Under the pieces are notes generated by a model that saw nothing but the letters and a program-made list of their open reading frames with translations, ran no database searches and was not told where the DNA came from. From Nitrospirota bacterium (GTDB lineage: Bacteria > Nitrospirota > UBA9217): a stretch of 64,000 bases of DNA. The translations under genes and the position numbers were made by a program. Where the stretch lies: positions 64,001-128,000 of the forward strand of contig CAVVOB010000016.1 in the NCBI GenBank assembly GCA_963749655.1. The letters are read 5' to 3'. Shown here piece by piece: positions 59,798-64,000 of this stretch. Within the stretch, counting starts at the first letter, position 1. The number at the start of each line of letters is the position of its first letter.

Positions 59798-60485
59798 ATG
59801 GCTAATCAGAAAGAACAGGACCTCGAAAAGATCAAGGAGCACATCCTGAAGATGGGCGCTTTCGTCGAGGAAGCGATCCAGAAATCGATCAGGGCGCTGG
59901 TCGAGCGCGACCGGGACCTCGCCATCCAGGTGATCGACGGCGACGCCATCGTGAACAACTTCGACGTCGAGATCGAGGAGGAATGCATCCGGTTCCTCGC
60001 CATCTGGAAGCCTTCGGGCAGCAACCTCCGCTTCGTCACCACGGCGATCAAGATCATCACGGACCTTGAGCGCATGGGCGACCTGGCCGTGGACATCTGC
60101 GAACGCTCCATGGAGCTGCTCGACGAACCGCCGCTCAAGCCCTACATCGACATACCCGCGCATGGCCGAGGCTGCGCAGAAGATGCTGAAGGACAGCCTC
60201 GACGCCTTTGTTGCCCGGGATGCCGACCGGGCGCTTACCGTGTGCGAGGCGGACGACTTCGTCGACAATCTGAACCAGCAGATCTTCAACGAGCTGCTCC
60301 TGTACATGCTCAAAGACCCGAAAAACATATCCCGGGCCGTGCGGCTGTCGTATATCACGAAATACCTGGAGCGCGTCGCAGACCACGCGACCAATATAGC
60401 GGAAATGGTCGTCTACCTTGTAAGGGGAAAGGTCATCAGGCACATGGCGTGCGAAGCAATGAGGCAGGACGCGCCCAAACGGTGA
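59798..60485 (+). CDS. phoU: Phosphate signalling complex protein; one frameshift
   Basis: DLERMGDLA, YLERVADHATNIAE. Confidence 0.95.
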
Positions 60486-60522
60486 CGCGAAGGAATATGG
60501 CCAAAAGGCTGTGATCCGGCTT

Positions 60523-61420
60523 CTAGAATTTCCAGGTCAATGCCGCGCCGGTAACGCCGGAGTCATCGATCAGGGGCGTGAAGCTCACGGTGTCCCGGCC
60601 GCCCTTGCGGTGATAAGCGACGATCGATTTGCCGGTGAAATATCCGATCGCGGCGCCCACGAACACATCGGAGGCCCAGTGGGCATTGTGCTGCATACGG
60701 TCGTAGCCGGTGATGGCCGCAATGGTGTAGGCGAGCGGTGGGACGACGTAGTTGTCGTATTCCGATGCAATGACCGAGGCCACGGCAAAAGCCGACGAGG
60801 AATGTCCCGAGGGAAACGAATCGTTTGACGAGGACAGGCTCGGACCGCCCCAGGTGTTATAGGGGTCCCCGGTGTAAGGCCGGTGCCTGCCTGCCGTCCG
60901 CTTGATTACCTGAACGAAAACGCCGGTAAGGGCGAAGCTCTCCACGCTGAGCAGCGCAGTCTCGACCGCCTTACCGTCATCGCTGAAATATCCGTAGCCG
61001 TACAATCCTCCCACGATCGCCACGGTCAGATAGCCGCTTCCGACCACGGTGACATTCTTGCCGATATCGTTGCTCGTCTTGGTCCTGTTGTCCTGCACCC
61101 ATTTCTGGATCTTGGTGTCATTCTCGTACAGACCCACCGACGCCGCAGTCACCACGGTCGCCGCGATCCAGTCGGTTTTGTCCCACCGGGCCGGAGAGGT
61201 CATGATGTTCCCGAGATCGGTGAAGTATCCCTTGAAATAATCACCGTCCAGTTTCACGGTCTTCGCAGGAGCGGTTTCCTGGACAGGCTGCGGCGTCTGC
61301 GCGGCCTGCTCCGCCTGCGGTGGTGCGGCTTCATTGGCCGGATCGGCAAAGGCGGGAAGAGAACTGGACAGGATCAAAGAAAGGGACGAGGAATGCGGCC
61401 GGGAAAAAACGCTTGGTCAA
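60523..61420 (-). CDS. Exported PAP2-family phosphatase
   Basis: K.TAGRHRP, SFPSGH, R...AHWASDVFVG; SD AAGGAG + TTG 61420, frameshift in the signal peptide. Confidence 0.85.
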
Positions 61421-61678
61421 AGAAACTCTCCTTAGTGATGAATCGGGATGAGAACAATATCTCGCGGAAAGTTGCAAAGGCGCGAAGTAAGTCCGAACGC
61501 TAAACCAGTTCTGCCATGCACGGGCTGATTCAATCATGGATCGGGGCAAAATACGAATGCATCGTTCGGGCTGGTTCAATCTTATAGATTGAACCCAAAC
61601 TTGTATGCACAGTTCGCGCAAATTTTAAACGCACCTGCGCGAGTTCATTGCGTTTCACGACTTATCGCGAGGCAGATT

Positions 61679-63133
61679 TTACTTCTTCCCGCCGAAGGAC
61701 CGGCACCACACGAAATCATACGAGTCCACCTTGCCGCCGTGCAGCATGATGTCCATGTGACCGGCGTTTTGCACTGCCCGGCAGTTCAACTCTTTGGCGA
61801 CATCGACGCTGTAGGAGTTGCTGTTCAGAAAGAGAATGTCCCTCCCGAGAGGTGATTCGGTCGCCCAGAGTGAATACCGTTCCTGACCGCCTCCGATCAC
61901 GAAGACCGTGCTGCCGTAAGGCAGATCGTAGTAGATCGTACGGCTCGCCTCGGTCCAGTTGGACACTGCAAGGGCCTTGGAGGTCGAAGGGTCGCGCGCC
62001 AGGATATCGTTGGCCCGCTTAAGCACCTCTTTCATGCCGTAGATGTTGCGGAAAGGCGACTTGTAGTCGGGAAACCGGAAGGCTTTGATCCCCAGCTCCG
62101 CCTGGAGAAGAAGGGCTACGATCAGGCTGAAACCGATTGAACCGAGGAGCATTGCTTTTTTCAAGCGCGTGGGCTCCTCGTTCAGGAACACGACGCCGAG
62201 CGGAATGAACAGTGTATAGAAGACCGCGGACCAGTGCGGCAGCGCCAGTTTCAGAAGCGACGCATAGAGGAAGAACAGCAGGATCGAGCACCCGATGAGC
62301 GTGGACAGGAGCATCACGTCGCCGCGGTTCCTTACAGCCTTGTAGAGTCCGTAAAATGCCAGACAGAACAACGGCGGGCTGTAGGCCCCGAATTGCGCAC
62401 CCAGGCCTTTCAGCAGCTCCCCGAACCTCAGCGCCTGTCCGCCGACAATATGGCCGCTCTGGAACCGGAAGCTGATAAAGTCATGCTGTACGTTCCAGTA
62501 GATCACCGGCGAGATGACGACCAGGGCGACGCCGGCGGTGAGCAGCAGCCTCGGGTTGAACAGGATGTTAAAGCGCTTTTTGATCAGCCAGTAGAGCACG
62601 ATCGCGGGCACGAACAGCACAGCTGTATATTTGGCAAGACCGGCAAGGCCCAGCAGCAGCCCCAGGAGCGCAAAGGTCGCGGCGGCGGGGTCCCGGTCGA
62701 GTTTTCTGACGCAATAGATGAGGCCGAACACCAGGGGAAGAAGCAGCGTCTCCGGAAGCAGCATCAGCCCCAGCCCGCTCAGCAAAAAAGAGCCGTTCAG
62801 CGCGGCGGTTGCATAGAGCGCGGATTTTTCTCCTCCCAGGGACAGGGTAAAACGGTAGCAGAGAAATGAGGTCACGGCGAAGAGGATGATTGCCGGAAGC
62901 CGGACCAGGAACTCGTTCGTTCCGAGCGTATAGAAGAACAGCGCGTGGGTCCAGCCCACCAGGGGCGGATGGTCGAAATAGCTGAAATCGAGGAACCGGG
63001 CGTAGAGGACATAGTGCGCCTCGTCGGTGCCGAGGCCGAAGGTGGCGGCAATGGCGAGCCGAACAAGGGTGAAAGCGGCGATGAGCCAGAGTGCCGCGCG
63101 GTTCTCATTGTAGAGACGAAGAAGTGAGGTCAT
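61679..63133 (-). CDS. GT39/ArnT-like (PMT_2) glycosyltransferase
   Basis: DEAHY...YFDHPPLVGW...VRLP...LAKYTA. Confidence 0.88.
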   Translation of the reverse strand: MTSLLRLYNENRAALWLIAAFTLVRLAIAATFGLGTDEAHYVLYARFLDFSYFDHPPLVGWTHALFFYTLGTNEFLVRLPAIILFAVTSFLCYRFTLSLGGEKSALYATAALNGSFLLSGLGLMLLPETLLLPLVFGLIYCVRKLDRDPAAATFALLGLLLGLAGLAKYTAVLFVPAIVLYWLIKKRFNILFNPRLLLTAGVALVVISPVIYWNVQHDFISFRFQSGHIVGGQALRFGELLKGLGAQFGAYSPPLFCLAFYGLYKAVRNRGDVMLLSTLIGCSILLFFLYASLLKLALPHWSAVFYTLFIPLGVVFLNEEPTRLKKAMLLGSIGFSLIVALLLQAELGIKAFRFPDYKSPFRNIYGMKEVLKRANDILARDPSTSKALAVSNWTEASRTIYYDLPYGSTVFVIGGGQERYSLWATESPLGRDILFLNSNSYSVDVAKELNCRAVQNAGHMDIMLHGGKVDSYDFVWCRSFGGKK

Positions 63134-63412
63134 AGGTTTATCGGACAGGGAGGAATTATATACTAAGGAAAAGGCGAAAAACAAGCGATATTATTTATTG
63201 TTTTCGGAGAAAACCTGATTTTTTTGTTGTTTTCTCAGGAATGCCGACATTCCTGACCCTAGGGTTCATACTGATAGACAACAGATACGTTCGGCAGCAT
63301 TGACGACATTTATGTGGAACGACAGGCCCATCTATGCTATAGTGCCTCCGTTTCCGCGCGGCTGTTTACGGTTTTTCTGTTATACCATCGAAAGAAAACA
63401 AAACCTGATCCT

Positions 63413-64000
63413 ATGGACAAAGTCCTGACAAAAAGAAATACCCTCTTCATCGTCGCAGCCCTTACCCTCTGGCGGGCCTATCTCTCGGCGACCATCCAGC
63501 TTCATCCTGACGAGGCGTACTACTGGCTTTATTCGCGCCGTCTTGACTTCGGGTATTACGATCACGCGCCTCTCGTCGGCTACCTCATCCGGTTAACGAC
63601 CTTGTTTTCGAGCCAGGAGTTATGGGTGCGGTTCGGCGGCCTTCTGGAGACCGTCGTTGTCAGCATCATCTCCTGGGTCCTGTCCATGCAGCTTTTTAAC
63701 GACAGGAAAGTCGCCTCGGCAAGCGTTATAACGCTGAACGTCCTGCCGCTTACCATGGCCGGTTCGATCGTCATGACCCCGGACAATCCCCTGTTCCTGT
63801 TCGTCGGGCTCACCACCTATTTCTGGTGGCAGATAGTGGAAACGCAGAAGCCGCGGTACTGGTATCTTCTGGGGATCGCCTTCGGACTTTCCCTGCTGTC
63901 CAAGTACACGGGCGTGCTCGTTGCCCCGTCCGTTTTTATCTTCATCCTTGCCACTGACGAGCGCAAATGGCTGAAGACGATCCATCCCTATGCTGCTTTC
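63413..64000 (+). CDS. Second GT39/ArnT-like glycosyltransferase, truncated by the window end (absent from the ORF track)
   Basis: MDKVLTKRN...PDEAYYW...GYYDHAPLVG...MTPDNP...LLSKYTG, open to position 64000. Confidence 0.85.
   Translation, partial: MDKVLTKRNTLFIVAALTLWRAYLSATIQLHPDEAYYWLYSRRLDFGYYDHAPLVGYLIRLTTLFSSQELWVRFGGLLETVVVSIISWVLSMQLFNDRKVASASVITLNVLPLTMAGSIVMTPDNPLFLFVGLTTYFWWQIVETQKPRYWYLLGIAFGLSLLSKYTGVLVAPSVFIFILATDERKWLKTIHPYAAF

Noticed and set aside
4483-60485. Functional coupling of the arr and pst/pho loci (arsenate as a phosphate analogue)
   Set aside because: They are about 45 kb apart and separated by core genes, and I saw no shared regulatory motif.

Overview
Chromosomal window from a GC-rich anaerobic bacterium. 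Gene content and order suggest Nitrospirota or a Desulfobacterota-like lineage, which is an inference. The left end (1-7.7 kb, minus strand) is a respiratory arsenate reductase locus: tatA-arrA-arrB-TorD-type chaperone-polyferredoxin, followed by FmdE-, ModE- and Moco-binding-protein genes, with no ArrC anchor or ars regulator in the window. The accessory middle (7.9-31.6 kb) holds TauE/YedF genes, an RRM-rpsU cluster with two unannotated Lys-rich small ORFs, a ferritin-like/GGDEF cyclase facing a MshEN-cNMP-degenerate sigma54 AAA+-membrane polyferredoxin fusion, a HAMP/heptaheme cytochrome/HAMP triad and a 14-repeat propeller lipoprotein. The right half is mostly core: surA-like, gatB, gatA, panD, gatC, uvrD/pcrA, glmS, glmU, a PulM-N-O-P/secretin/pseudopilin cluster, phoBR, pstSCAB-phoU with four phased Pho half-sites, PAP2 and two GT39 genes. 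Two patterns cut across the window. (1) Short-period (7-10 nt) palindromic repeat elements from several sequence families fill most intergenic gaps of the housekeeping operons, and three sit inside CDSs. (2) Many frameshifts are +1 insertions that write both synonymous wobble bases side by side, which points to a mixed-haplotype consensus artefact rather than pseudogenes. I saw no rRNA, tRNA, CRISPR array or transposase. Coordinates of frameshifted genes are approximate.
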